64,000 bases of DNA from an uncultured bacterium (GTDB lineage Bacteria > Planctomycetota > UBA1135 > GCA-002686595). Positions 32,000 to 41,981 of this stretch are shown here, piece by piece. Numbering within the stretch: the first letter of the stretch is position 1; every line of letters starts with the position of its first letter. The notes beneath the pieces were generated by a model. The model saw nothing but the letters and a program-made list of their open reading frames with translations, made no database searches and was not told where the DNA came from. The translations under genes and the position numbers were made by a program. Location of the stretch: positions 384,001-448,000 of the forward strand of contig CALSNU010000003.1 in assembly GCA_943787795.1 (NCBI GenBank), in the 5' to 3' direction.

Positions 32000-32911
32000 A
32001 TGATCACTCGTCGTCGACTTGACCCTCTCCAGGTGTTCCGTGCGACGGTGGGCCCGATGGTCCTGGTGTCGGTGTATGCGGTGGGCGTCGTGTGGTTCGA
32101 GCACGAGACCGACACGCCGCTGGACCTCCCGATCGCCATTCCAGCCATGCTGGGCACCGCGATCTCGATCCTCCTGGGCTTCAAGACGAGCGCGGCCTAC
32201 GACCGCTGGTGGGAGGCGCGGAAGATCTGGGGTGGGATCGTGAACGACTCCCGGACCTTCGGGCGGCGGGTGGTGTCCTTCCTGCGGCCTGCGTCGGAGG
32301 GGGAGGCAACGGTCGTCCGTGAGCTCGCCGAGGACCTGCTTCATCGCCACATCTTCTGGGTCTACGCCACCTCCAGGTTCCTGCGGAAGGAGCCCGTCCT
32401 TGAGTCCGGCCTCGAGCTGCTTCCCGAGGGGGAGGCGGCGGCGCTGGAGGTCTCGAAGCACATCCCGAACGAGCTGTTGGACCGGCAGGCGAGGGACCTG
32501 AGGAGCGCGCTGGGCAAGGGCTGGCTGGACACCTATCAGCACGTGTCGCTGGAGGACTCCCTGACCCGCCTGACCGATCACCTGGGGCGCTGTGAGCGGA
32601 TCAAGAACACGGGCTTCCCGGCGCACTACGGGTACCTTGCCTCCCGCATCCTCTGGCTCTTCGCGTTGCTCGTGCCCTGGTCCCTCGGCAGGGACCTCAT
32701 CTGGTGGACGATTCCGGTGACCATCGCCGTGATCCTGACCTTCTGGATGATCTGGGTCATCGGTGAAGCGCTGGCCGACCCGTTTGAGAACCGGCCGACG
32801 GATACACCCATGACGAGCCTCGCTGAGGCGATCGAGCGGGACGTGCGCCAGCAGCTTGGCGAGGCCTACACGTTGCCGGATCACAGCCAGGACGGCGGCG
32901 TCCTGATGTAG
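32000..32911 (+). CDS. Bestrophin-family (YneE-like) ion channel
   Basis: LLGFKTSAAYDRWWEARKIWG.IVNDSR, CERIKNT.FP, IGEALADPF. Confidence 0.92.
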   Translation: MITRRRLDPLQVFRATVGPMVLVSVYAVGVVWFEHETDTPLDLPIAIPAMLGTAISILLGFKTSAAYDRWWEARKIWGGIVNDSRTFGRRVVSFLRPASEGEATVVRELAEDLLHRHIFWVYATSRFLRKEPVLESGLELLPEGEAAALEVSKHIPNELLDRQARDLRSALGKGWLDTYQHVSLEDSLTRLTDHLGRCERIKNTGFPAHYGYLASRILWLFALLVPWSLGRDLIWWTIPVTIAVILTFWMIWVIGEALADPFENRPTDTPMTSLAEAIERDVRQQLGEAYTLPDHSQDGGVLM

Positions 32912-32917
32912 CCGGAG

Positions 32918-33757
32918 TCAGCGGGCCGCGCCTTCGGGGCGGCGGGCGACGACCGCGTACCCCTGACAGACCGCCTCGTCGTTGGTGACGAGGGAGGCGA
33001 GGTGGAAGCCCACCTGGAGGAGCGCCGTCAGGGGCATCAGCAGGAGGCTCCTGAGCGGGGAGGGGATCACGCTCCCGTCGCTCTGGCGCCGTCGCGCCCC
33101 GATCGAGCGGATGAGCCACTGGGAGAGCATGGCCCCGTTGGCGGTGGCGAAGTTGCCGCGGGGCGCGATGGAGATGACCTCGAGCCCGGCATCCACGACA
33201 AAGCGCTCCAGGCTCGAAGGCGTGAAGCGGAAGTAGTCGCTGGGGAGCTCGTGGAGCGGCTGAATGAAGGGGACGGTGAGCAGCAGCTTGCCGCCCGGCT
33301 CGAGGACCCTCGCCATCTCCTGGACCAGCGCGCGCGGATCGGGGACGTGCTCGAGGACCTCGGTGGAGAGGACCGTCCGCACGCTGCCGGTGCGCACAGG
33401 GAGGTGCGCGCCGTCGCCGAACACCTGAACAAGGGTCTTCACCCGCGGGAGCATCTCCCACATCTCGGGCTGCTTGTCGAGGATCGACGGCGGGTACTCG
33501 AGCCCGACGTACCGGTCCACGTGGGGCTCGAAGAGCGCCCGGTAGGGCCCCTCGGAGACGCCAACATCGAGCAGGGTCCCCGAGGCGTGGGGGACCAAGG
33601 CCTCCACGGAGCGGCGGAGGTGGCGCCAGTCGAGCCAGTAGGGGTTGAGCGGTGTCCGCTTCCGCCACGCGTTCAGCCGCTGGCCGAGGTGTCCGCGGTA
33701 GTGCACGACGCCGACCCGCTTGCCGCGGGGTGAGAAGCTGTCGGGGTCGGAGGTCAC
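32918..33757 (-). CDS. Class I SAM-dependent methyltransferase (type 11-like)
   Basis: LLDVGV, GDGAHLP, EVLEHVPDP, RVLEPGG.LLLTVPF, HELPSDYFRFT; probable GTG start overlapping the dcd stop. Confidence 0.88.
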   Translation of the reverse strand: MTSDPDSFSPRGKRVGVVHYRGHLGQRLNAWRKRTPLNPYWLDWRHLRRSVEALVPHASGTLLDVGVSEGPYRALFEPHVDRYVGLEYPPSILDKQPEMWEMLPRVKTLVQVFGDGAHLPVRTGSVRTVLSTEVLEHVPDPRALVQEMARVLEPGGKLLLTVPFIQPLHELPSDYFRFTPSSLERFVVDAGLEVISIAPRGNFATANGAMLSQWLIRSIGARRRQSDGSVIPSPLRSLLLMPLTALLQVGFHLASLVTNDEAVCQGYAVVARRPEGAAR

Positions 33758-34950
33758 TCTGACGGGGGTTTGCGGAAGGCCCGGGCGAGGGTCAGGTCCT
33801 GGCGCTGATAGCTGGCGCCCTGGCGGTCCTGGCCATACAGGTGTTCGGGTCGGGCGGAGGCCCGGAAGAACTTGAGCCGGAAGAAGACCTGTCCGTCCTC
33901 GACGAGGAATGGGACGTCGTGGGCCCGCACCTCGAGCACTGCGGGGGTCCCGTTGCCGCCCGGGCGACCCTCGGCGTCCTCGCGCCACCCGAAGCCGTTG
34001 TCGAAGAAGCCGGCGTAGTTGTTCCGCAGTTCGCCGATGCCGATGTCGACCGGGAGCATCTCCGCCGCGAGGTGCGGAGGCACGCGCAGCCGCTCGCGGC
34101 TGGCGAAGATGTAGAAGCTCTCGGGGGCGAGGATGCAGCGGCCGCCGGGGGCTTGGACCGGCTCCCAGAAGAGGTCGGGGTCGTGGGCGCCCTCCTGGCT
34201 GAACTCGACCACCTCCGTGTGCAGGGACGCGCGCCAGCCGGCGGGGTCACGCGAGAGCAGGCCCAGGTTGAGCTCCAGGCCTCCATCGTCGTCGAAGCGC
34301 GTCTCGTCGGCCCCCAGGGGGCGATCACCGTCAAATACCAGCGGCGTCTCGGCGACCACCTCGCGCAGCTCATCGGTGGTGAGGCCCGGCCTGCCGCGGT
34401 GAACGCGGAGCTGGCAGAGCCTGTCCCCGCGGCGGAGCCTGACGGGGAAGGAGAGGGGGCTGATCTCGAGCCAGATGGGGCCGCGGTAGCCGGGCGGGGC
34501 CTCGTCAAAGCGCGGGTGCCCCGGGCAGAGGACGCGGGTGAAGATGTCACAGCGCCCGGCCGAGCTGCGGGGGTTGAAGCGGACGCCGAGGTCGGGCGGC
34601 AGGTCGAGGCTCTCCTCGAGCTGGACCAGATAGACGAGGCCCCGCTCGAGCACGGCGCCATCCGAGGAGCCCAGGTCGAGGGCGGAGGTGCTGAGGGTCG
34701 CCAGGCGCTCCTCCATGGGGACCACGCCCGGCAGGAAGCCCGCCCGGACCCGGTGCGCCTTGGGCCCGAGGCGAAGGTCCAGGCTCGCGGGCTGGATCTG
34801 GGCCGGGGCGATCTCCCGGGCGCCACGGATGGAGCCGGCGGCCACGAGGTCCCGGAGCTCCCGGTCGACGAGGATGGCCCCGGGCGCCGGAGCAGGGCCG
34901 CCAGCGGAGGTGTCTCCGGCCTCCTGGGCGCTTGCGGTGGAGCTGGTCAT
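33754..34950 (-). CDS. dcd: dCTP deaminase, long two-domain type
   Basis: QIQPASLDLRLG, NPRSSAGRCDIFTR, EISPLSFPV, FYIFASRE, GELRNNYAGFFDNGFG, VLEVRAHDVPF, YQRQDL.L. Confidence 0.88.
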   Translation of the reverse strand: MTSSTASAQEAGDTSAGGPAPAPGAILVDRELRDLVAAGSIRGAREIAPAQIQPASLDLRLGPKAHRVRAGFLPGVVPMEERLATLSTSALDLGSSDGAVLERGLVYLVQLEESLDLPPDLGVRFNPRSSAGRCDIFTRVLCPGHPRFDEAPPGYRGPIWLEISPLSFPVRLRRGDRLCQLRVHRGRPGLTTDELREVVAETPLVFDGDRPLGADETRFDDDGGLELNLGLLSRDPAGWRASLHTEVVEFSQEGAHDPDLFWEPVQAPGGRCILAPESFYIFASRERLRVPPHLAAEMLPVDIGIGELRNNYAGFFDNGFGWREDAEGRPGGNGTPAVLEVRAHDVPFLVEDGQVFFRLKFFRASARPEHLYGQDRQGASYQRQDLTLARAFRKPPSE

Positions 34951-35117
34951 GGGTCAGAGCCTAGCGGAGCGCTGATCCCGGTGGATGCTGGGGAGGCTCG
35001 TCTCTACACTGCTCGGCCAATTCGTCCCCTGGCGGAGCCCCGGTCCCTTGAGGCCTGCTCCCCGCCGACCCCGCCCCAATTGGCCCCGCCGCCACAGGTC
35101 AGGAGCCCATCCCCGGC

Positions 35118-36287
35118 ATGAAGATCCACGAGTATCAGGCCAAGGAGCTGTTAAGAGCAGCCGGCCTCTCCGTCCCCTCCGGACGGGTGTGCGAGACCCC
35201 CGATGAGGCCGCAGCGGCCTACGACGAGCTCGGCAGCGCCGTGGCGGTCGTCAAGGCGCAGATCCACGCGGGCGGCCGCGGGAAGGGCGGCGGCGTCAAG
35301 CTGGTGCGCTCCCGCGAGGAAGCCCATGAGGCCGCCGACGCGATCCTCGGCATGATGCTGAAGACGCCGCAGACCAGCGCCGAGGGACAGCTCGTCCGCA
35401 AGGTCTGGATCGAGGAGGGGTCCGACATCGCGAAGGAGTACTACGTCGGCGTCGTGCTGGACCGCGAGAAGAGCCTCCCGGTGGTGATGGCGTCGAGCGA
35501 GGGCGGCATGGACATCGAGGAGGTCGCAGCGTCGACCCCCGAGAAGATCCTGAAGGCGGCCTACGATCCGGCCGTCGGCCTCTCCGAGGACCAGGCGGCC
35601 GAGCTGTCGCGTGGCATGGGGATCCCCGAAGAGCTCGTCGCCCAGAGCGTCGAGTTCCTGGTCGGGCTCGCCAAGATGTACACCGAGTACGACTGCTCGC
35701 TGGCGGAGATCAACCCGCTGGTCACGACCAACGACGGCGTCGTGCGCGCCCTCGACGCCAAGATCAACTTCGACCCGAACGCCATGTTCCGCCACGACGC
35801 GATCGTGGCCCTGCGGGACCTCCACGAGGAGGACCCGAAGGAGATCGAGGCCAGCAAGTACGACCTCAGCTACATCGCCCTCGACGGCAACATTGGCTGC
35901 ATGGTCAACGGTGCCGGGCTCGCCATGGCGACCATGGACGTCATCAAGCTCTACGGCGGCGAGCCGGCGAACTTCCTCGACGTCGGCGGCGGCGCCACCA
36001 CCGAGAACGTCACGGCGGCGTTCCGCATCCTTCTCGGCGACGAGAACGTGCACGGCGTCCTGATCAACATCTTCGGCGGGATCATGAAGTGCGACGTGAT
36101 CGCGGAGGGCGTGATCGCCGCCGTGAAGCAGATCGAGCTCAACGTGCCGCTGGTCGTCCGCCTCGAGGGGACGAACGTGGAGAAGGGCCGCGAGATGCTC
36201 GCTGGCTCTGGCCTCCCCATCATCCCCGCAACCGACCTGGACGACGCCGCGCAGAAGATCTGCGAGGCCGTCGCCGCGAGCGCCTGA
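35118..36287 (+). CDS. sucC: Succinyl-CoA synthetase beta subunit
   Basis: [52 protein letters not shown]. Confidence 0.98.
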   Translation: MKIHEYQAKELLRAAGLSVPSGRVCETPDEAAAAYDELGSAVAVVKAQIHAGGRGKGGGVKLVRSREEAHEAADAILGMMLKTPQTSAEGQLVRKVWIEEGSDIAKEYYVGVVLDREKSLPVVMASSEGGMDIEEVAASTPEKILKAAYDPAVGLSEDQAAELSRGMGIPEELVAQSVEFLVGLAKMYTEYDCSLAEINPLVTTNDGVVRALDAKINFDPNAMFRHDAIVALRDLHEEDPKEIEASKYDLSYIALDGNIGCMVNGAGLAMATMDVIKLYGGEPANFLDVGGGATTENVTAAFRILLGDENVHGVLINIFGGIMKCDVIAEGVIAAVKQIELNVPLVVRLEGTNVEKGREMLAGSGLPIIPATDLDDAAQKICEAVAASA

Positions 36288-36304
36288 GGGCCAAGGAGCA
36301 AGTT

Positions 36305-37192
36305 ATGAGCATCTTCGTCAACAGCGATACCAAGGTCATCTGTCAGGGCTTCACCGGCAAGACAGGCACCTTCCACAGTCAGCAGGCCGTGGAGTACGGC
36401 ACCAACATGGTCGGCGGCGTGAACCCCCGGAAGGCGGGCACCACGCACCTGGACCTCCCGGTCTTCGGCACCGTCGCCGAGGCCAAGGAGGAGACCGGGG
36501 CCAACGCCACCGTGCTCTACGTCCCGCCGCCCTTCTGCGGCGACGCGATCCTCGAGGCCATCGAGGCGGAAATGGAGCTGATCGTGACCATCACCGAGGG
36601 CGTCCCTGTCCTCGACATGGTCCGCGTGCGCGAGGCCCTCAAGGGGTCCAAGTCGCGCCTGGTCGGCCCCAACTGCCCCGGCGTCATCACGCCCGGTGAG
36701 TGCAAGATTGGCATCATGCCGGGCTACATTCACAAGCCGGGCCGCGTCGGCGTCATTTCGCGCTCCGGCACGCTGACCTACGAGGCCGTCTGGCAGCTCA
36801 CCTCCCGCGGAATCGGGCAGTCCAGCTGCATCGGCATCGGCGGCGATCCGGTGAACGGCACCAACTTCATCGACGTCATCGACGCCTTCAATCAGGACGA
36901 GGGGACCGACGCCATCATCATGATCGGCGAAATCGGCGGCTCGGCCGAGGAAGAGGCAGCTGACTTCATCAAGGCCAACGTCAAGAAGCCCATGGTCGGC
37001 TTCATCGCCGGCAACACGGCGCCTCCGGGCAAACGGATGGGCCACGCCGGCGCCATCATCGCCGGTGGCAAGGGCACCGCGAAGGAGAAGGTCGAGGCCC
37101 TCGAGGCCGCGGGCGTGATGATGAGCCCGAGCCCCGCGCGGCTCGGGGAGATGATGGAGGGGCGGCTCCGCGAGGCGGGTCTGCTCGGCTGA
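36305..37192 (+). CDS. sucD: Succinyl-CoA synthetase alpha subunit
   Basis: [39 protein letters not shown]. Confidence 0.98.
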   Translation: MSIFVNSDTKVICQGFTGKTGTFHSQQAVEYGTNMVGGVNPRKAGTTHLDLPVFGTVAEAKEETGANATVLYVPPPFCGDAILEAIEAEMELIVTITEGVPVLDMVRVREALKGSKSRLVGPNCPGVITPGECKIGIMPGYIHKPGRVGVISRSGTLTYEAVWQLTSRGIGQSSCIGIGGDPVNGTNFIDVIDAFNQDEGTDAIIMIGEIGGSAEEEAADFIKANVKKPMVGFIAGNTAPPGKRMGHAGAIIAGGKGTAKEKVEALEAAGVMMSPSPARLGEMMEGRLREAGLLG

Positions 37193-37193
37193 G

Positions 37194-37547
37194 ATGTCTG
37201 AAGAGGGCCGCACCGAGGCCTCCCCGGAAGGGGAGGCCCAGAGCTACCGGGAGCGCTACGCCGAGGTCGACGTCGACCGCGGCGTGGCGGTCGGGGCGGC
37301 GATCGGGGTCGGGATGTTCGTGGTCATCCAGGGGACGATCATCCTGGCGCTCCAGACCGGGCTGATCAGCGGCGACGTCCCGCCGCTGGCGCCCCTCGCG
37401 CTCGCGGGAGTGACCCAGCTCGTCTACGTCTTTCCGACAGCCCTGTTCTTCATCAACCGGCGCTGCCCTCTGATGACCAAGGGCTACCTCGCCGTGGCGG
37501 GAGCCGTGGTCCTTTGGTCGCTGCTGATGCTCCTGGTGGTCGGCTGA
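37194..37547 (+). CDS. Small membrane protein of unknown function (about 3 TM)
   Basis: Starts just after the sucD stop; three hydrophobic segments. Confidence 0.7.
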   Translation: MSEEGRTEASPEGEAQSYRERYAEVDVDRGVAVGAAIGVGMFVVIQGTIILALQTGLISGDVPPLAPLALAGVTQLVYVFPTALFFINRRCPLMTKGYLAVAGAVVLWSLLMLLVVG

Positions 37548-37603
37548 CCGTTCGTCGACGGGGCGCTGGCTCCGTTGATCGGGACTGACCCCATCGACGT
37601 CGA

Positions 37604-38329
37604 TCAGTCGAGCACGCCGAGAGCCTCGAGCTGCGCTTCGGCCTGGGGGGCCCAGCCTCGGTTGGCGATGGGGCTGGCCGGGGAGGGGTGCAGCACCGTC
37701 CCGATGGGGACCTCGCAGTCGGGGAGGGCGAGGGTGGCCCGCCCCTGGGCGAACTTTCCGATGCCGATGATCTGCTCGGGCTGGAGGGCGTCGACCACAG
37801 CCGCCAGCGAAGCGTCACAGATCCGGTAGAGCGCGTCGCGTTCGTCGGCCAGGAGCTTGTCCGGGGTCCGGTTCTTGCCGCCCTCTTCCATGAAGACCAG
37901 GGGGCAGTAATTCCACACAAACAGCCGGTCGAAGAAGGCGTCTGGGCCGTCGAAGCGATCGGCGGCCCAGCCCCAGAAGCGCCTGCCGGAGACCTCGCTG
38001 CGGGGGCAGTCGAACCCCTGGATCGGGCGCTTGGGATGCAGGACCGGCGGCTGATCCACGGGGGCCTTGATGCCCAGCCAGTCTCGAACGGCGGCGACCT
38101 CGCCGAAGGGGACCCCGGTCTGAGCCATGCCGTAGGGCCCCGGGTTCATGCCGAGCATGATCGCTCTCGGCTTCGAGCGGGCGAAGCGCTTGAGGTACTG
38201 CTCCACGGGCGCCCACGCGTACTCGAGAGGGTTGTAGACGTGGGTGGTGGGGGGCTCGAAGCGGAGCGCACCGACGGCCTCCGAGAGGTCGCGGGTGATC
38301 CGCAGGAGCTTCCTTGAGGCGGCGGTCAT
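37604..38329 (-). CDS. SMUG1-type (family 3) uracil-DNA glycosylase
   Basis: YNPLEYA, GMNPGPYGMAQTGVPFG, SEVSGRRFW, NYCPL, N.TPDKL, HPSPASP. Confidence 0.93.
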   Translation of the reverse strand: MTAASRKLLRITRDLSEAVGALRFEPPTTHVYNPLEYAWAPVEQYLKRFARSKPRAIMLGMNPGPYGMAQTGVPFGEVAAVRDWLGIKAPVDQPPVLHPKRPIQGFDCPRSEVSGRRFWGWAADRFDGPDAFFDRLFVWNYCPLVFMEEGGKNRTPDKLLADERDALYRICDASLAAVVDALQPEQIIGIGKFAQGRATLALPDCEVPIGTVLHPSPASPIANRGWAPQAEAQLEALGVLD

Positions 38330-38347
38330 GTCACCCCCCACGATGCG

Positions 38348-38605
38348 CTATCCGACCTGGCTGTTCCAGCAGCGAACGTGGCCGTCCTCGGGGTCCAGCT
38401 CCACGTGGATCTCATTGGGCCGGCAGCACACCGGGCAGTCCTCGACGTAGTCCTGGCGATGCCCCATGGTTGGATCGATGGGGATCACCACCTCCTCGCC
38501 GCAGGCCCAGCACGCGTAGCTGGCCTCGCCGTCGCTGTCGAAGGCGCCATCCTGTTCCATCAACTCGTCCACGGCGTCGTCCTCTGGTTCGATCACTTCG
38601 TCCAC
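38348..38605 (-). CDS. Small Cys-rich CPXCG-type zinc-ribbon protein
   Basis: YACWACGE...D.T.G..QDYVEDCPVCCRPN; only the 3' end of the 586-aa ORF looks real; start uncertain (38605 GTG or 38560 ATG). Confidence 0.8.
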   Translation of the reverse strand: MDEVIEPEDDAVDELMEQDGAFDSDGEASYACWACGEEVVIPIDPTMGHRQDYVEDCPVCCRPNEIHVELDPEDGHVRCWNSQVG

Positions 38606-38779
38606 GACGGGCTGTTCGCCGAGGGGAGGCGATGGGATCAGGTGGAAAGGCTTTCCGTGTTCTCGTTCAGGGACGGCCGCGTGCGGCCGCCACGGCGCCC
38701 CGGGGGCGAATCGACCCAGAAAGTTTCGCTGGCCGTTTCTTCCGGTGGATTTTGCGACAGCGCTACCGATAACCCAGTC

Positions 38780-39715
38780 ATGCAGATTCCCAGTCAGCGC
38801 CAACAGCAGCCGGTCGCTCCGGCCCAGGTTCGGCCCGCCGCGACGCCCGCGGCGACCAAGCAGCAGGCCGTTCCGGACAGCGCCGCAGGCGCGGAGCGAC
38901 CCTCCAGCCCGGAGGGTGAGAAGCTCGCCTCCAACCTCGCCCGTCTCGACGGGCTCACCGAGTCGCTCATGGAGCGCCTCCGGTCCGCCTCCGGGGACAT
39001 GGATCGGGGTGAGTTTCCGGCCTTCCGTGAGGCTGCGGGGCAGCTGGAGTCGGGCCTGGCTCGACTCCGGGCTGGCCTCTCGGACGGCACGATCGAGCCC
39101 GCTGACGTCCAGCGGGGCGTCGGCAACCTCTTCCAGAGCGTGAGCGCGGTCCTCAAGGAGGGCCGTACGCCGTCGTCTGAGGCTCCTGAGGGCACTGCCG
39201 CTGACGCCGTCCGCGCGGAGCCTGCCAGCAGCCCGTCCGGGGAGGGAGTCGAGGCCACACAGGTGCGCGCCCAGATCGCCGCCGGGCCCCAGGGGGCGCA
39301 GCCCTCCAAGGGCGCGCCGGATGCCTCCAGCGCCCCGGAGGTGGGCGCCCCGGAGGTGGGCGACGTGGTCCGGGACCGCTTTGCCGGGTTCGCCGAGAGC
39401 GTCCAGGCGCGCCTGGCTTCCGCCGAGTTCCCCGATCAGAAGCGTGACGCCGTGGCGTCGGGCGTGGCCGAGGCCTTCGCCAGCGCCACCGCTCGCCTCG
39501 ATGCCGCCCTCTTTGACCCGCAGACCGGCGATCCGATCGATCGCGGCACCTTCCAGGACCTCTTTGCGGCGTCCTTCTCGGCCCTCCAGGAGCAGCTCTC
39601 CTTCCTGTTCGAGTCTGGAGAGTCCGACGCGGGCTCCCGCGGCGTCGTCTACGGCTCGGACCGCATGGCCGAGGGCCTCGCCCCCCGGGGCAAGGGCCTC
39701 GACGTGGCCGGCTGA
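38780..39715 (+). CDS. Hypothetical helical, low-complexity protein
   Basis: ATG at 38780 (MQIPSQ); Ala/Ser/Gln-rich; ends GKGLDVAG; followed by a strong hairpin. Confidence 0.7.
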   Translation: MQIPSQRQQQPVAPAQVRPAATPAATKQQAVPDSAAGAERPSSPEGEKLASNLARLDGLTESLMERLRSASGDMDRGEFPAFREAAGQLESGLARLRAGLSDGTIEPADVQRGVGNLFQSVSAVLKEGRTPSSEAPEGTAADAVRAEPASSPSGEGVEATQVRAQIAAGPQGAQPSKGAPDASSAPEVGAPEVGDVVRDRFAGFAESVQARLASAEFPDQKRDAVASGVAEAFASATARLDAALFDPQTGDPIDRGTFQDLFAASFSALQEQLSFLFESGESDAGSRGVVYGSDRMAEGLAPRGKGLDVAG

Positions 39716-39738
39716 TTCGGCTCTCGAATTCAACCTCC

Positions 39739-39779
39739 AGGGGCGGGGGGCGCACTTTGGCGCCCCCCGCCTCTTCATT
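39739..39779 (+). terminator. Intrinsic terminator-like hairpin
   Basis: AGGGGCGGGGGGCGC-ACTTTG-GCGCCCCCCGCCTCT followed by TCATT. Confidence 0.75.
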
Positions 39780-39833
39780 GGGGGCCCGATTCTCCTACAC
39801 TTGTGCGGACGAGTCCTCCACGGAACCGGACCT

Positions 39834-40067
39834 ATGCACATCGACGACACGCGAACCGAGCCCCTCCTCGCCTTCCTCGGACCGACCGAGCTCTGGATCG
39901 TCCTCGGTGCCCTTGTCTTCCTCTTTGGTGCGAAGAAGCTCCCCGAGATGGCGCGCGCCATGGGGTCGAGCGTCACGCAGTTCAAGAAGGGCCTGGACAC
40001 CCCCGAGGAGGAGCCGGCCAAGCAGATCGACGGCGCCCCTGGCTCCGACGGCGACACGAAGTCCTGA
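39834..40067 (+). CDS. tatA: Twin-arginine translocase TatA/E subunit
   Basis: LGPTELWIVL..LFLFGAKKLPEMARAMG.SVTQFKKGL. Confidence 0.93.
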   Translation: MHIDDTRTEPLLAFLGPTELWIVLGALVFLFGAKKLPEMARAMGSSVTQFKKGLDTPEEEPAKQIDGAPGSDGDTKS

Positions 40068-40073
40068 CTCAGC

Positions 40074-40883
40074 ATGTCGGTTCCGACCGACCCCGGCGCT
40101 GAGCGCAAGGCGACCCGCGCCCCGGCCCTGGCCGATGGGACCCCTGGCGAGGGCCGCGCCGTCGTTCAGCCGGCCGCGGGCGGTGGTGCTGGCGCTGGTG
40201 CTGGCGCTGGTGCTGGCGCTGGTGCCAGGGCGGGCGAGTACCTGGGCGTGGTCTTCGCCGGCGGGGAGAGCCGACGGATGGGGCAGGACAAGGCGCTCCT
40301 CCCCTGGCCGATCGGGTCCGCGGACTCAGGAGAGTCCGCATCGCTCATGGAGCGAGCGGCGCGCATGCTCGAGGGGCTCTGCCGGAGGGTTGAGGTCGCG
40401 CGGGGACCCAGGGGCGGCGCGCCAGACCCCGGACGTCCGGTGATCCACGACGTCGCTGAGGGCGCCGGACCGCTGGCGGGGCTGCTGGCCGCGCTCGAGC
40501 GAGCGCGTGAGCTGGGGGCAGCGGGTGTCGTTGCCCTGGCCTGCGACATGCCCCTGGTCGAGCGCGGCGAGATCGAGCCGCTGTTCGATGCCATGAGCGC
40601 CGGCGGAGGCACGGCCTGCGAGGCGGCCATGTGGGTGGTGGACGAGCGCGAGCAGCCGCTCTGTGCCGTCTACGGCATCGGGTGCCTTCCCGCGGCCCGG
40701 GCAGCCTTCAAGGCGGGAAAGCGGCGCCTCGTCGCGATCTTCGATCCGGCTGCGACAGGGGGCCACGCAGCCGTCTTGAAACGACTCTATCCCGACGAAA
40801 AGACATCGGTCCGACTGGTGAACCTGAACACGATGACCGACTACGATCGTGTGATGAGAGACCTTCGACCGGGCGGGCATTGA
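40074..40883 (+). CDS. mobA: Molybdenum cofactor guanylyltransferase
   Basis: AGGESRRMGQDKALL, GPLAGL, ACDMP, QPLCAVY, NLNT..D; N-terminal Gly-Ala run. Confidence 0.9.
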   Translation: MSVPTDPGAERKATRAPALADGTPGEGRAVVQPAAGGGAGAGAGAGAGAGARAGEYLGVVFAGGESRRMGQDKALLPWPIGSADSGESASLMERAARMLEGLCRRVEVARGPRGGAPDPGRPVIHDVAEGAGPLAGLLAALERARELGAAGVVALACDMPLVERGEIEPLFDAMSAGGGTACEAAMWVVDEREQPLCAVYGIGCLPAARAAFKAGKRRLVAIFDPAATGGHAAVLKRLYPDEKTSVRLVNLNTMTDYDRVMRDLRPGGH

Positions 40884-40945
40884 GCCTCCGCGGGCGATCG
40901 CTGCTCAGCCCGGGAGGGCTGCTGCGAGAGCTCTCAATCTTCCCC

Positions 40946-41953
40946 ATGAGTCCCAAGGACGCCCAACTCCAGGCCCTGGTGGCCCCGATCGCCAACGACC
41001 TCGCGGCCATGCGAGAGGTGATTTCGGACGCGCTGTCCTCGGACGTCCCCGCCGTGTCGGACATGACGGCTCACATCGGGCGCTTCCGCGGCAAGCAGCT
41101 GCGGGGGGGGCTGGTCCTGCTCTGCGCCCACGGTCGGGCGTCCGAGACGCCGGAGCGTGGGGATCTGGCGGTCGTCTCGGCGATCGTCGAGCTGATCCAC
41201 CTGGCGACCCTCGTGCACGATGACGTACTCGACGGCGCCGACAAGCGCCGGCGCGTCGCGAGCGTGAACCGCCGCTGGGACAACCAGGTGGCGGTGCTCC
41301 TCGGAGACTTCCTCTACTCGCGGGCCTTCCACCTCTCGACGACCCTGCCCACCTCCCTCGTGAGCCAGCTCCTCTCGCAGATCACCCAGGAGATCTGCTC
41401 CGGTGAGATCGAGCAGGCCGCAGGCCGCTACGACTTCGAGATGCCCGTGGAGGACTACGAGCGGATCGCCACGGCGAAGACCGGCGCCCTTTACGGAGCG
41501 GCCTGCGAGCTGGGGATGCGCTATCCGGGCGGGTCCGAGTTCGACGGCGCCGAGATGCGCGCCTTCGGCCGGGAGCTCGGCCTGGCCTTCCAGATCGTGG
41601 ACGACCTGATCGACCTGGAGGGCGACGAGGAGGTCGCTGGGAAGAGCACGGGCACGGACGTCGAGGATGGGAAGGTCACGCTCGCGGTGCTCCACACCTA
41701 CCGGGCCGCGGACCCGAGCACCCGCGCTGCGATTCGCGACGCGTACACCCTGCCGGGACTCGAGGACGAGCCAGGGGGGCGGCTCCGCCGTCTGCTCGAG
41801 GTCTGTGACCTCGGGCCTGGAATGACAGAGGCCCGGGAGCGGGCCAGGGAGCTGGTGGACCGGGCGCGAGCTCGGCTGAGCCGCCTCCCCGAGAGCTCCT
41901 CCCGTGAGGCGTTGCACGCCCTCACCGAGTTTGTTCTCGAGCGTCGCTGGTGA
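40946..41953 (+). CDS. Polyprenyl diphosphate synthase (IspB/HepT-like)
   Basis: GKQLR, ELIHLATLVHDDVLD...RR, AVLLGDFL, KTGAL, AFQIVDDLID, GK..G.D. Confidence 0.93.
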   Translation: MSPKDAQLQALVAPIANDLAAMREVISDALSSDVPAVSDMTAHIGRFRGKQLRGGLVLLCAHGRASETPERGDLAVVSAIVELIHLATLVHDDVLDGADKRRRVASVNRRWDNQVAVLLGDFLYSRAFHLSTTLPTSLVSQLLSQITQEICSGEIEQAAGRYDFEMPVEDYERIATAKTGALYGAACELGMRYPGGSEFDGAEMRAFGRELGLAFQIVDDLIDLEGDEEVAGKSTGTDVEDGKVTLAVLHTYRAADPSTRAAIRDAYTLPGLEDEPGGRLRRLLEVCDLGPGMTEARERARELVDRARARLSRLPESSSREALHALTEFVLERRW

Positions 41954-41981
41954 GCGGGCGGCGATCGACCAGAATAAGGTC

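Noticed and set aside
38606..40108. 586-aa minus-strand ORF 38348-40108 as one protein
   Set aside because: Only the last 70-85 codons (Cys-rich domain) look genuine; the rest is antisense to the 38780 gene, its terminator and tatA
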